A stretch of DNA of 48,589 nt, from the IMG/VR virus record IMGVR_UViG_3300027987_000509, one strand, 5' to 3'. The translations under genes and the position numbers were made by a program. Position 1 is the first letter of the stretch. Every line of letters starts with the position of its first letter. The stretch comes from a virus. Positions 10,301 to 18,068 of the stretch are shown piece by piece. A model generated the notes under the pieces. That model ran no database searches and had not been told where the DNA came from. It was given only the letters and a program-made list of their open reading frames with translations.

Positions 10301-10988
10301 CCGTTGTGTCTTGTGCTTTTGTAGCGTTTGTGAGATATGGTGGAGGTGTCAGACGATAAAATTCGTCCATCACCGGTCCGGGGTGCTTGATCGGGAACCG
10401 TAGCAGTGCCAACGCAATGCTTGTCGCGTCGATGCAAAGAAAGTCTTTGCGATCGTCTTTTGAGACGACCCTGGTGAAATATTCAGTTTGATAGACGAAG
10501 TTGTAGTTATCTGATGGCAGAAGTTCGAGTTCGACGAGAATGTCGGAGAGGTCGTAATAAACGGCACCAACGAGGTAGGGAATGGTGTCGGTGACGCCCG
10601 ATGCTGTTGTGTAAGTCATGATGTCGCCATTCTTGGCGTTGGCAAGACTTACGGGCTCCCCGGTGCTTTTCTTGGCGATTTCGAGATTGCCTAGCTCGAT
10701 GACTCTATCGGCTAGTTCAATTGAATCGACATTTTCTGAGTAAATCTCATGGTCCGGGAACCTTTTGCCGATGTTCTGGTGTCCAGCTACTCTGGCTTCT
10801 GATGGGACGTCTTCGATAAAGATCTTGACGTTGAAGACCGAGCTGTTCTCAATACCGGCTCCGCTCGGAGTTCTTTTGTGCGGGACGACAAGGATGACCG
10901 GGAGTCCAAATGGTCTCCAGGCGGTCCTGTCGTTGTTGACGGGAAAGAGAACGAAGTTGGGGTTGTTCTGGTCTTTGAGTGATGCCAT
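7323..10988 (-). CDS. large virion protein with P2 gpI-like (baseplate wedge/tail) domain
   Basis: 1221 aa, acidic; IPYLSQLLGW...LRR..EFQNLAGSRRAI..LFRLFG resembles the Tail_P2_I signature. Confidence 0.65.
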   Translation of the reverse strand: MASLKDQNNPNFVLFPVNNDRTAWRPFGLPVILVVPHKRTPSGAGIENSSVFNVKIFIEDVPSEARVAGHQNIGKRFPDHEIYSENVDSIELADRVIELGNLEIAKKSTGEPVSLANAKNGDIMTYTTASGVTDTIPYLVGAVYYDLSDILVELELLPSDNYNFVYQTEYFTRVVSKDDRKDFLCIDATSIALALLRFPIKHPGPVMDEFYRLTPPPYLTNATKAQDTTVALYRPFTDSLQDIQDEQDLLESINWVFNVPAEAIPYLSQLLGWDLPYFPESLDELRRAVLRRTVEFQNLAGSRRAIVNLFRLFGFEILISNLWWSSDGKRFIRPGERLPSPYQQEEITIEEQCQTDIILDSWAGESSTATGFGVFTIPLMFRPQIAAGLDDFNSARDGGNVTVDAYFVEVGSPAEAQLKEISTSIKADPVNYGNNAGCTADAEGFLNPTEIHSKLNGLAVIGYSQVLISGKLGKAMDEVLVGPEIPLRADGVKLNRETNNLNISLNGSLDIEGSNDKPRVLYMFVTYLKQTIVVPDLIADLQSNRFDIQVLTETLNEYADPVTLEFAVEFLFRLKAFHSLLNRVVLRIDLTETYEVTDLCVGGDIEQRYDTAIGMLQVPPAIIPNLPENLNDCTLLDPVSLGYKEEDITLRLRKLANLPEEHAAWKTLDDRVDQIPTNERLGLAQPATGRSECKFTYLGQDRITTAERVESRSTEYGPSPAAGNGDAGFFSNPDISPGDSILNGKFDETGPAVTTNSDGSSYGSFTREFTEIRVPFCELDDVNDYCYKGRVDDELLYRPTVVGDEWWQCRPCSIGMGMGVYWTFPSYSVMAAPGTMKPCPHSRSQRPIFSGKAKQSTIQHFLTDEQSEYLTAPYDQKLPFKNDSYLGRLYRDYDTPKNQTLHFTNRVKGFDGDQLKHLALQRPSLNIDKPTLHLPGCRFARMNALEEDFTSTTWRARPWDDPHSTFCGPKYVCGDNEPTQLNVTKIVGTDGNEYLVFDDVPYTAAGNGLTPDITSLGDHSLGTNALFGDDDVVHSVYMKNANSSPYVTLDQVCDYDSAVEVQADGDGELDVTTPLFTSHQVCGTDPNLFTDYADGYACVSGFQPYAGEDLGQSGLYDDILAALGVPGLGTTGQPSTLLFQCGSGILNEAGLRLDCGCLLIGCDMTEEGETICSAETFLDENNQYDWECDHLRLELRLIGEEKYGTCSTVLDATIPTMLELA

Positions 10989-11110
10989 GTAGCATTCTCC
11001 ATTTCAGGTATCTTTATTTACGGGATCTATGGGAATCGCTACGGTGCCGCAAAGATAGGAAGCATACGGCAGTCACGTACATATTCGTGATTGCCCAGTG
11101 AGGACGATGA

Positions 11111-11611
11111 ATGATTGCTGAATCTGGCCACATCTTCACAAAAGACGAGTATGACGCCCAGTACGAAGTGGACTGGGAGACCGTTGGCGTAGATCTCGAC
11201 ATCACAACGATTACGAAAATCCCCTACGTTTGGGGAGAAGCACCGTCAGGTTTCGTCAAGAACGGCATTCTCTTTAGACGTGGGATGGTCACTGTCCAAC
11301 GCCAGATTATTCGAGTCCTCACGAACGGATACGAGATCATCGCGGAGGGTAACTCGAGCTTTGAGGACCTGATCCAGATGAATTTCCCTTGTGAGGAGGG
11401 ACCCACAGATCCTTTTGCGTACCATTTGGATTGCGGTATTCTCGATGAACCTTATATCAAGATTCTTGAGGGGCCGCATTGGGCAGATCCAGATGATCCA
11501 GACGATGTAGATGCCATCTGGGGCGATCTACAAGCTGACGGGTCGCCGGTGGAAGAAGTTACCGTCACCGGTGGTGCCGATATTCTCGAGTGGGTAGATG
11601 TCTGGGCCTGA
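11111..11611 (+). CDS. hypothetical acidic protein
   Basis: 166-aa ORF with GAGGA SD-like sequence upstream. Confidence 0.65.
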   Translation: MIAESGHIFTKDEYDAQYEVDWETVGVDLDITTITKIPYVWGEAPSGFVKNGILFRRGMVTVQRQIIRVLTNGYEIIAEGNSSFEDLIQMNFPCEEGPTDPFAYHLDCGILDEPYIKILEGPHWADPDDPDDVDAIWGDLQADGSPVEEVTVTGGADILEWVDVWA

Positions 11612-11653
11612 TACCAGGCAAGGACGCCCATGAACCAGATCAGAGATTAAGAT

Positions 11654-13504
11654 ATGTCATTTTCGAAGACACTCGCACTTTTGATCGCTGTCGCAAGTGT
11701 GGGTTGGATCGCGGTGTCTAACGCTCAGCAGCCGCCAAACTTCCAACTCGTATCATCGGGCAGAGTCGCACCAGCTAGCGGCTACAATGGGGCAACCCCG
11801 AATTTCGGGCTTCTTACACCCGGTCAATCGCAACTTCCCCAGCTCGTGCAGGTCAATCAACTCAATGCCGCTCCACATCCACGTGACGCCGTTGCCTATG
11901 CTCTGGCCGACTGCCAGAGCCTACCGGCAGATTCCAGACCGTTCCAACGATACATCTGGATTCCGGATGGAGACCGCAAAAAGGCAGCAGCACTGAATTT
12001 TGCCGTAAACACGGCTGTCTCAAGAGCTACAACCATCGTTACACCGGTGCCGGTCGCCAATGGCAAGCTAATGCGATATGACTTGAGGGCTCTTGCTCCT
12101 CGTGAATCGCAGTATGCGGCACTGCACGCCAATTGGGAGAAGCTGGCATTCGAGCCATACTTCCATCTGACGAAGTCGGCGACCGACGCTCTTCCGTCGA
12201 ACGCCATTACTATCGCATCGCGAGACGATGACCCGGTGGGTTCCGTGCGTTTCAAAGTCGGAGACGTCATTTGGTACAGATCGCCGACTCACACTTTCTT
12301 TATTCTTGAGAATAATCGATGGGTACAACGATCGCGTCCAACTACCGTCCAATTGGTGGCAGCTCCCGCAGCCCACACGAATCTGACAAGTGCTGTGCTT
12401 CTACAGGGTCTTACTCAATCTGGGGCGGCACTGGTTCGATACGACTTCTTCATGACGCGAGTCCTGTCGTCCATCGACGGCGGCCTTTATTATGACTTCA
12501 GCGGAATCAATGGAACCATCGCCGCCGCCAGAAAAGGAGGAAGCACTAAGACAGATCAACAGATCATCTTAGAGGCACTGGGAGCAAACGAGCAAATCAT
12601 CTCTTCGTTGCGATCTGACCAAAGGGCCGCGATGTTCAGATCTAATGTCACTGGTAAACCTCGCCAGATCGAGGTCTTTCAGGGACAGGGTGTCCGTCCG
12701 GGGTCCGGTACCGGCTTGGTCACTATGACACACGATGTCTTTGACAATGATGTTGATCCGGCCCGCGATCCGATTCGCAACTTGCTGAACTTCCAGGATC
12801 GTGCAAGAGAACTGATTGCTGAACGCGGTGGTACGTTTGGTGCCAACGGAATGCATCTGTTTGCGTTGTTCGACAGCACGGGCAAGTTGCAGGCGGAAGC
12901 TCCACCGAATGTCGTCGTGGACCATACGATTCCACGTCCGCATACTGGCCGTTTGCAAGCTGCTATTAGCTGCATTCGGTGCCATGGTCCGCAGGAGGGA
13001 TTCCAGCCGTTCAATAATGAAGTTCAGACGATGCTCGCCGGTTACTTGAACATCTTCGGTGATGTTTCAAGTAGAGACACGGTCCCAGACCAATTGGATC
13101 GCTTGGCTGGTCTCTACTCTGGCGACCTATCTAAGCCGATCAGACGTGGAAGAGATGACTATACCGATGCGATTTACAGGGCTACAGGTGGTATGCAGGT
13201 ACCTGAAGCATCGCTATTGGTGGCAAACATCTATCAGGCGTACGTCTATGATACCGTGGACGCTCAGAAAGCCTGTTTGGAACTCGGATACGTCGTCCCA
13301 GCAGCCCAAGCAGTCTATTACTTGAACCAGATCCTGCCACCGTTAAATCGAGATGTTCTCGGTATCAGCCCAGAAGATCCCATCATTGGTGCACTCAAGG
13401 CTGGCCTCTCAGTCAACCGATACCAGTGGGAACAAGTCTACCCCGACGCTGCCTTCAGGGCGATGAAGACGTATGAATCGTCTCAGGAAAATATAGGGCA
13501 GTGA
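11654..13504 (+). CDS. secreted protein with one CxxCH heme-c motif (planctomycete-type)
   Basis: Signal peptide (..VSNA-QQ); SCIRCHG. Confidence 0.75.
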   Translation: MSFSKTLALLIAVASVGWIAVSNAQQPPNFQLVSSGRVAPASGYNGATPNFGLLTPGQSQLPQLVQVNQLNAAPHPRDAVAYALADCQSLPADSRPFQRYIWIPDGDRKKAAALNFAVNTAVSRATTIVTPVPVANGKLMRYDLRALAPRESQYAALHANWEKLAFEPYFHLTKSATDALPSNAITIASRDDDPVGSVRFKVGDVIWYRSPTHTFFILENNRWVQRSRPTTVQLVAAPAAHTNLTSAVLLQGLTQSGAALVRYDFFMTRVLSSIDGGLYYDFSGINGTIAAARKGGSTKTDQQIILEALGANEQIISSLRSDQRAAMFRSNVTGKPRQIEVFQGQGVRPGSGTGLVTMTHDVFDNDVDPARDPIRNLLNFQDRARELIAERGGTFGANGMHLFALFDSTGKLQAEAPPNVVVDHTIPRPHTGRLQAAISCIRCHGPQEGFQPFNNEVQTMLAGYLNIFGDVSSRDTVPDQLDRLAGLYSGDLSKPIRRGRDDYTDAIYRATGGMQVPEASLLVANIYQAYVYDTVDAQKACLELGYVVPAAQAVYYLNQILPPLNRDVLGISPEDPIIGALKAGLSVNRYQWEQVYPDAAFRAMKTYESSQENIGQ

Positions 13505-13514
13505 GGAGATCCCA

Positions 13515-14372
13515 ATGAAAAAGATCGCTTTTTTGATCGCTGTTTGTGCGTCTGTCTTGGCCATCTTGCCATCCTCCGCCAACGCTGGTTGGAAATGGCG
13601 AAGAGTCCAGACGAACTGCGGCTACACGTACCAGAGATACTACGTCCAAGAAGTCGCTCAGCCGCAAGTTCAGAACACGACGACAGTCGTCAACAACCTC
13701 ATCGGTATTCCCGTGCCGGTGAACTACACCGAACCAATTACAGCACAGGGTTCGACGGTCTACGGCTACTCTTCCGTGACACAAGCTCAGGGTGCCCTCG
13801 ACATGGGCCTGTTGTATAATCAGGCCGCACGTTTGACGGATCAAGCCCAACAACTCGCAGGACAAGCGGCAACCGATTTTGCGGCCCTTGTACAAGCTGA
13901 AGGGCAGAACAGGGCGGAAGTTGCGAAGATCATCGCCCAAGGACAGGCGGCCCGGATGGCTCTGGAGGCGACTCAAGGGCATCCACCACAACTGATTCAA
14001 AGGACCTTCGCGTTCAGAGTGACGCAGGGTGCCGATGGTCAGATGAAAGTCGAACAGATCCAGTCACAGCAGCCACAGGACTTCAGTTTGATGTCCTCGT
14101 CTGCGACGAATGTCTCGGATCTATTGAAGCAGCGTTGTGTCAGTTGCCATGGTAACGCCAAAGCCAGTGGCAATTTGAATCTGGAAGTGGCTATCTCCGA
14201 TGCACAACAGAGGGCGATTCTCGAAAGAGTAACGACCGAAGACCATGCTCGAAGAATGCCGCGTAATCCGGACGGAACAGCTGGTGCCAAGCTCTCTATT
14301 GATGAGCTACGCTTGCTGTTCAATGCAATGGCCCCCGCAACCAGTGGAAATACCTCTGGTAGTAGTCAGTAG
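13515..14372 (+). CDS. secreted planctomycete cytochrome c domain protein
   Basis: Signal peptide (..ANA-G); LLKQRCVSCHG...GNLNL...RMP matches the planctomycete cytochrome C pattern; GAGGAG SD. Confidence 0.8.
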   Translation: MKKIAFLIAVCASVLAILPSSANAGWKWRRVQTNCGYTYQRYYVQEVAQPQVQNTTTVVNNLIGIPVPVNYTEPITAQGSTVYGYSSVTQAQGALDMGLLYNQAARLTDQAQQLAGQAATDFAALVQAEGQNRAEVAKIIAQGQAARMALEATQGHPPQLIQRTFAFRVTQGADGQMKVEQIQSQQPQDFSLMSSSATNVSDLLKQRCVSCHGNAKASGNLNLEVAISDAQQRAILERVTTEDHARRMPRNPDGTAGAKLSIDELRLLFNAMAPATSGNTSGSSQ

Positions 14373-14432
14373 CAGAGGAGGACGGCCTTCGGCCACACCA
14401 CCAAAGCGTACCATCCGAACAGGAGAAAAGAG

Positions 14433-14834
14433 ATGAAGTACCTCGCATCGATTTTGGCAGTTCTCGCCCTCGTTTTTGTAGCCACCAACGACGCCAACGC
14501 CCAGTGCTTCCGCAACAATGTTGTGGCAGTCAACGGCTTTTCGCAGTGTGTTGGTGGCTCGTGCTTTGTCCAGCAGCAGGTGTTGGTCCCGCAGTCCACC
14601 GCGTTCTTCACTGGTGGCCGATCTGTCGCATTCATCAACCAGCCTGCATTCGTCAACGTCGGAGTGCCGGTCGTTTCGCCGGTGGTCCAGCAAGTCAACA
14701 TTCGACGTGGCTTGTTCGGCAACGTGCGACGAGTACAGGTGAGGAATTTCGCGGCGGTCCCGGCGGTGAACGTGATTACTCCTGGTGTCAACGTCGCTGT
14801 CGGACGCAGAAATGTGTTCGTCAGCGGGTTCTAA
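14433..14834 (+). CDS. secreted low-complexity V/N/F-rich protein
   Basis: Signal peptide (..ANA-Q); RRGLFG motif common in planctomycete secreted proteins; AGGAG SD. Confidence 0.7.
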   Translation: MKYLASILAVLALVFVATNDANAQCFRNNVVAVNGFSQCVGGSCFVQQQVLVPQSTAFFTGGRSVAFINQPAFVNVGVPVVSPVVQQVNIRRGLFGNVRRVQVRNFAAVPAVNVITPGVNVAVGRRNVFVSGF

Positions 14835-14860
14835 CGGTCCGCAAGGACAACAGTAGTATT

Positions 14861-14888
14861 CCGAGAGCCCGGTTCGCCGGGCTCTCGG
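14861..14888 (+). terminator. GC-rich stem-loop, likely terminator
   Basis: CCGAGAGCCCGG-TTCG-CCGGGCTCTCGG, a perfect 12-bp stem after the secreted-protein cassette. Confidence 0.75.
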
Positions 14889-14931
14889 CGTATTTGAACA
14901 TTCCAAGAGGGTATTCTTGGTGGGGGTTCAA

Positions 14932-15249
14932 ATGCGACACACTATCGCTGCATTCTGTTTGGCATTCATTGCCGCTTCATGTTCGACCCAATCGTTCGAA
15001 GACGCAACCGATTCAGTCGACAAGTCAGTGCTTCAACAGACGATGCTACAGCACCCTCCTCCAAAAACAAGAGAGGAACCTGTGGTGGGGCCGGTTGCGA
15101 AAGGGCCGGTTGCGAAAGAGCCGGTCGTGGAAGAACCGGTCGAAGTCCCAATTGAAGCACCACTTCCCCCACCGCCGCCACAGCCAGTTCAACCGGCTCC
15201 GGAGCCAGAGCCAGAACCAGTCAAACAGTTCAGATTGGTCCCAGATTAA
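14932..15249 (+). CDS. proline-rich putative lipoprotein
   Basis: Lipobox-like IAAS-C; P/E-rich tail. Confidence 0.65.
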   Translation: MRHTIAAFCLAFIAASCSTQSFEDATDSVDKSVLQQTMLQHPPPKTREEPVVGPVAKGPVAKEPVVEEPVEVPIEAPLPPPPPQPVQPAPEPEPEPVKQFRLVPD

Positions 15250-15608
15250 TGAAGAGAACTGTCGAACAAGAGAAGATCTGGCTCGACGAAAAGACCAACT
15301 TCCACTATATTCGACGAGGCGTCGAACGGACCCCTCCCGGCACCAAAGTCAAAATCGTCGAATGTAACAGTGGCCTGTGCACGAGCGAAGGCACTCTCAA
15401 AGGCACCGTGGCGTTAGGGCTACTGAATGTCGACGGACACTTCGCCGGACAAATGATTGCCTGGAGCTACGATGCGGACGATCTGGTTCTATTTGCAATC
15501 GAGCACCATTGGGATATGGACGACGATACCTTTCGCATCCTCACGGAGAACCTCTACGGCGAGACGGCGTCTGAGCCGTCCACCAAAAGAGAGGACGAGG
15601 GAAGCTAA
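15249..15608 (+). CDS. hypothetical protein
   Basis: TAATG coupling; 119 aa. Confidence 0.6.
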   Translation: MKRTVEQEKIWLDEKTNFHYIRRGVERTPPGTKVKIVECNSGLCTSEGTLKGTVALGLLNVDGHFAGQMIAWSYDADDLVLFAIEHHWDMDDDTFRILTENLYGETASEPSTKREDEGS

Positions 15609-15628
15609 AGGAGAGGCCGGGAGGCGTG

Positions 15629-16306
15629 TCAGATCATCCGTATTTCATGAAGGCGGGAAAGATCGACTTCTGGCAGCCGCCCGTACAACCTTCCCATTCG
15701 CCCAGCATACATCGATCTGACCCATCCCAATGGGAAGTCATTGACGACGATGTGCATTGGTACCCCCACTGACGTGCACACTTCAGCCAAACCGCTGACA
15801 GCTCCGATAAACGCATAGGATACCGAAGCGAGTTTGACACATTCTTTTAATGGCCTCTCGCCGCCAAGATTCTCCAATCTCCATCCGGCATCGATCGCAC
15901 GCTTCGTAAATTCCTCGATCTCATCTTTAGTCGGCCGACGCTGTGCTTTGTCGCCGGTCATAGCATCGAACTGATAGCAAATCAATTTGGAATGCGGGCG
16001 TTTCTTCCAGACCCATAAGGTCCGAAAATAATCGTTACCGAAGTAGTATGGTAATTTCTGGCGATTTGCTCTCTGTGGCACGATCTCAAGCCAGCCGGGA
16101 TCAGACAACACTTCCAGACATTCAACGATCTTGTTCTTGACATTTTGATTGAGATCACCGACGAATTCGGAGATGTAGACTGTCCTATCAGACTTGATCG
16201 AGAGATGGTAGAAGAAATTGAGAGAAGACCAGACGTCGCCCAAACACGGGCTACTTACTGAGTGAATACTTCCAAGTGGGTTGTCATAGTTGCTCAGGGT
16301 CTGCAT
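15629..16306 (-). CDS. GT9/heptosyltransferase-like protein
   Basis: N-terminal LGDV and C-terminal L.E...L......FIGAVSGL......VGVP. Confidence 0.6.
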   Translation of the reverse strand: MQTLSNYDNPLGSIHSVSSPCLGDVWSSLNFFYHLSIKSDRTVYISEFVGDLNQNVKNKIVECLEVLSDPGWLEIVPQRANRQKLPYYFGNDYFRTLWVWKKRPHSKLICYQFDAMTGDKAQRRPTKDEIEEFTKRAIDAGWRLENLGGERPLKECVKLASVSYAFIGAVSGLAEVCTSVGVPMHIVVNDFPLGWVRSMYAGRMGRLYGRLPEVDLSRLHEIRMI

Positions 16307-16528
16307 TTAGCATTCTACAGCCTTAAAGCTACCGCCAATATCGACGACGGCAACATTCGAGTCCCATTCTTTCAGCTCGCCAATGAATTTCTCGCCGCCG
16401 ATAGCCTCCCAGTGAACGATTTCACCGGGCTGACAGGTCCGATCCAGCTGCTTCGATGGCGGTGGTCTGAACCCGCCAGAACCCTGGAGTTTGATTTTCG
16501 GCAATCCTGCGACGTTTGGCTTACCCAT
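16307..16528 (-). CDS. hypothetical protein
   Basis: 73 aa, translationally coupled on both sides. Confidence 0.55.
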   Translation of the reverse strand: MGKPNVAGLPKIKLQGSGGFRPPPSKQLDRTCQPGEIVHWEAIGGEKFIGELKEWDSNVAVVDIGGSFKAVEC

Positions 16529-16947
16529 TATTGTGGCATCACGGCCTGCAGATTGGTGATCGTGACAGTGCCGCCTTTGATGAAGTTGATGTTGTCGAAT
16601 TCGATGTCGCCGCCGCCACCAGTTGCCGTGACGTCTCCGTCGATGACAGCCCCGTTGTCTCTGTCATAAATACGGAACCATCCACAGACACCAGTCGCAT
16701 CGACGTTGGTATCGTCAGCGATGGAGTTGGCAAATGCCTGTCCGTTGCTGAAATTCCCGAACGCCGGGTTCGAGAAATTGTTGGTCGCCAGAAGAGTACC
16801 GGTAGCAGCTACTTGCGGACTAGCCGGTTTGCTACCTGTCCGGAATTCAATGAGACCGTTCGGGTTGGTGGAGCCAACATCGATGAGATCAACGATGGCG
16901 TCACCGGCGTCGTTCCGTGCTTGTGTCGATATGTTGACTGTCATCAA
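16528..16947 (-). CDS. probable virion structural (tail-associated) protein
   Basis: G/T/D/N-rich beta protein (ATG..GWFRI.D..G..VIDGDVT..GGGGD) typical of phage tail modules. Confidence 0.6.
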   Translation of the reverse strand: MMTVNISTQARNDAGDAIVDLIDVGSTNPNGLIEFRTGSKPASPQVAATGTLLATNNFSNPAFGNFSNGQAFANSIADDTNVDATGVCGWFRIYDRDNGAVIDGDVTATGGGGDIEFDNINFIKGGTVTITNLQAVMPQ

Positions 16948-18068
16948 TGTCTCCGTTTCCGGCGTCTGGATCTATCTACTTGGGTGATTAGACTATCTTT
17001 AATTAGCGGGTCTATTCGCCGCAACCTTCTCGGCAGGAATTGTGGCCGTATCTTTTGGTGATGCTCAACGACAGCGTTCTGTGGTGCTTGCACGTCTGCA
17101 AGCGTGATTTCGACAGCTGGTTGGACGATGCTCGGTGCTCTGACTGTTCCAGACTCCTTTAGCACCGAAGTGACTCTGATAGGAGTATGGAATGTCTCGA
17201 GAACACGAGGCGGTTCCGTTGTAGATTCAATCTTCGGATGCTTGACTTTAGCATCACCAGGCGGCTGAACCACTTCTTGCTTCGTGGCAGCTGTCGCCTT
17301 CGGCGGCAATTGTCGTGGTAAGGATACGCACGGGCAAGGATCAAATGAAAATGGTTCGAATCTGTCGACAACACCCCAACCCCATAAAGCATACAGAATT
17401 CTTCTATTACTGCCAATAGCCGCCAAGATCTGACCGGCCGGATCGAACGCTTCTGGTAATATGAATTCTCCAGAACCGATCAGCTCAAAGGCTGTCAAGA
17501 ACATCGGCCCGCCAGCACCACGATATTCTTCGTATAGCAGAGCTGACGTCGTGTGGTAGACGCTGAATTCAGGCGGCTCGAACAAGAGAGCGTCTGTGGT
17601 GTGTAATTGCCTGCCAGCACTCAGTGCCGCATCTGTAGAATGTGAGATGTCAAAGACAAACGCAATTTTGGCATCTGTCGAATGCGTTAACGAAACCTCT
17701 CCCTGCAGTAATGCATCTGTACTGTGCGTTAGCGAATTTTCGGCCTGAAGCAAGGCATCCGTGGTGTGAGTTCTTGGTAGAACAAACAAAGCGTCCGTCG
17801 TATGAGTTCTGCTAATCTCGGCCTGGAGTAAAGCATCTGTGGTGTGTGTGAGACTGTTCTCGGCCAGTAGCAGGGCGTCTGTGGTATGACTGAGGCTTGA
17901 TCCACTGCTAAGCGACGCGTCTGTAGTATGCGTAAGTGACGACGTTCCTTGATTGAGGGCGTCGGTTGTATGGGTCCGCGATTCTTCCGCCAACAGTAGG
18001 GCGTCGGTCGTCTGAATCCGTGAATTTGCACCCGCCAGGGCGTCGGTTGTGTGGACAAGACTCGGCAT
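16944..18068 (-). CDS. 14-aa HTTDALL repeat protein (short paralog)
   Basis: About 13 HTTDA repeats followed by a domain shared with the upstream gene. Confidence 0.8.
   Translation of the reverse strand: MPSLVHTTDALAGANSRIQTTDALLLAEESRTHTTDALNQGTSSLTHTTDASLSSGSSLSHTTDALLLAENSLTHTTDALLQAEISRTHTTDALFVLPRTHTTDALLQAENSLTHSTDALLQGEVSLTHSTDAKIAFVFDISHSTDAALSAGRQLHTTDALLFEPPEFSVYHTTSALLYEEYRGAGGPMFLTAFELIGSGEFILPEAFDPAGQILAAIGSNRRILYALWGWGVVDRFEPFSFDPCPCVSLPRQLPPKATAATKQEVVQPPGDAKVKHPKIESTTEPPRVLETFHTPIRVTSVLKESGTVRAPSIVQPAVEITLADVQAPQNAVVEHHQKIRPQFLPRRLRRIDPLIKDSLITQVDRSRRRKRRH

Noticed and set aside
11021-11110. Stop-codon reassignment suggested by two in-frame TGA codons upstream of 11111
   Set aside because: Recognisable genes are intact in code 11, many end in TGA or TAG with tight coupling, and no suppressor tRNA was seen
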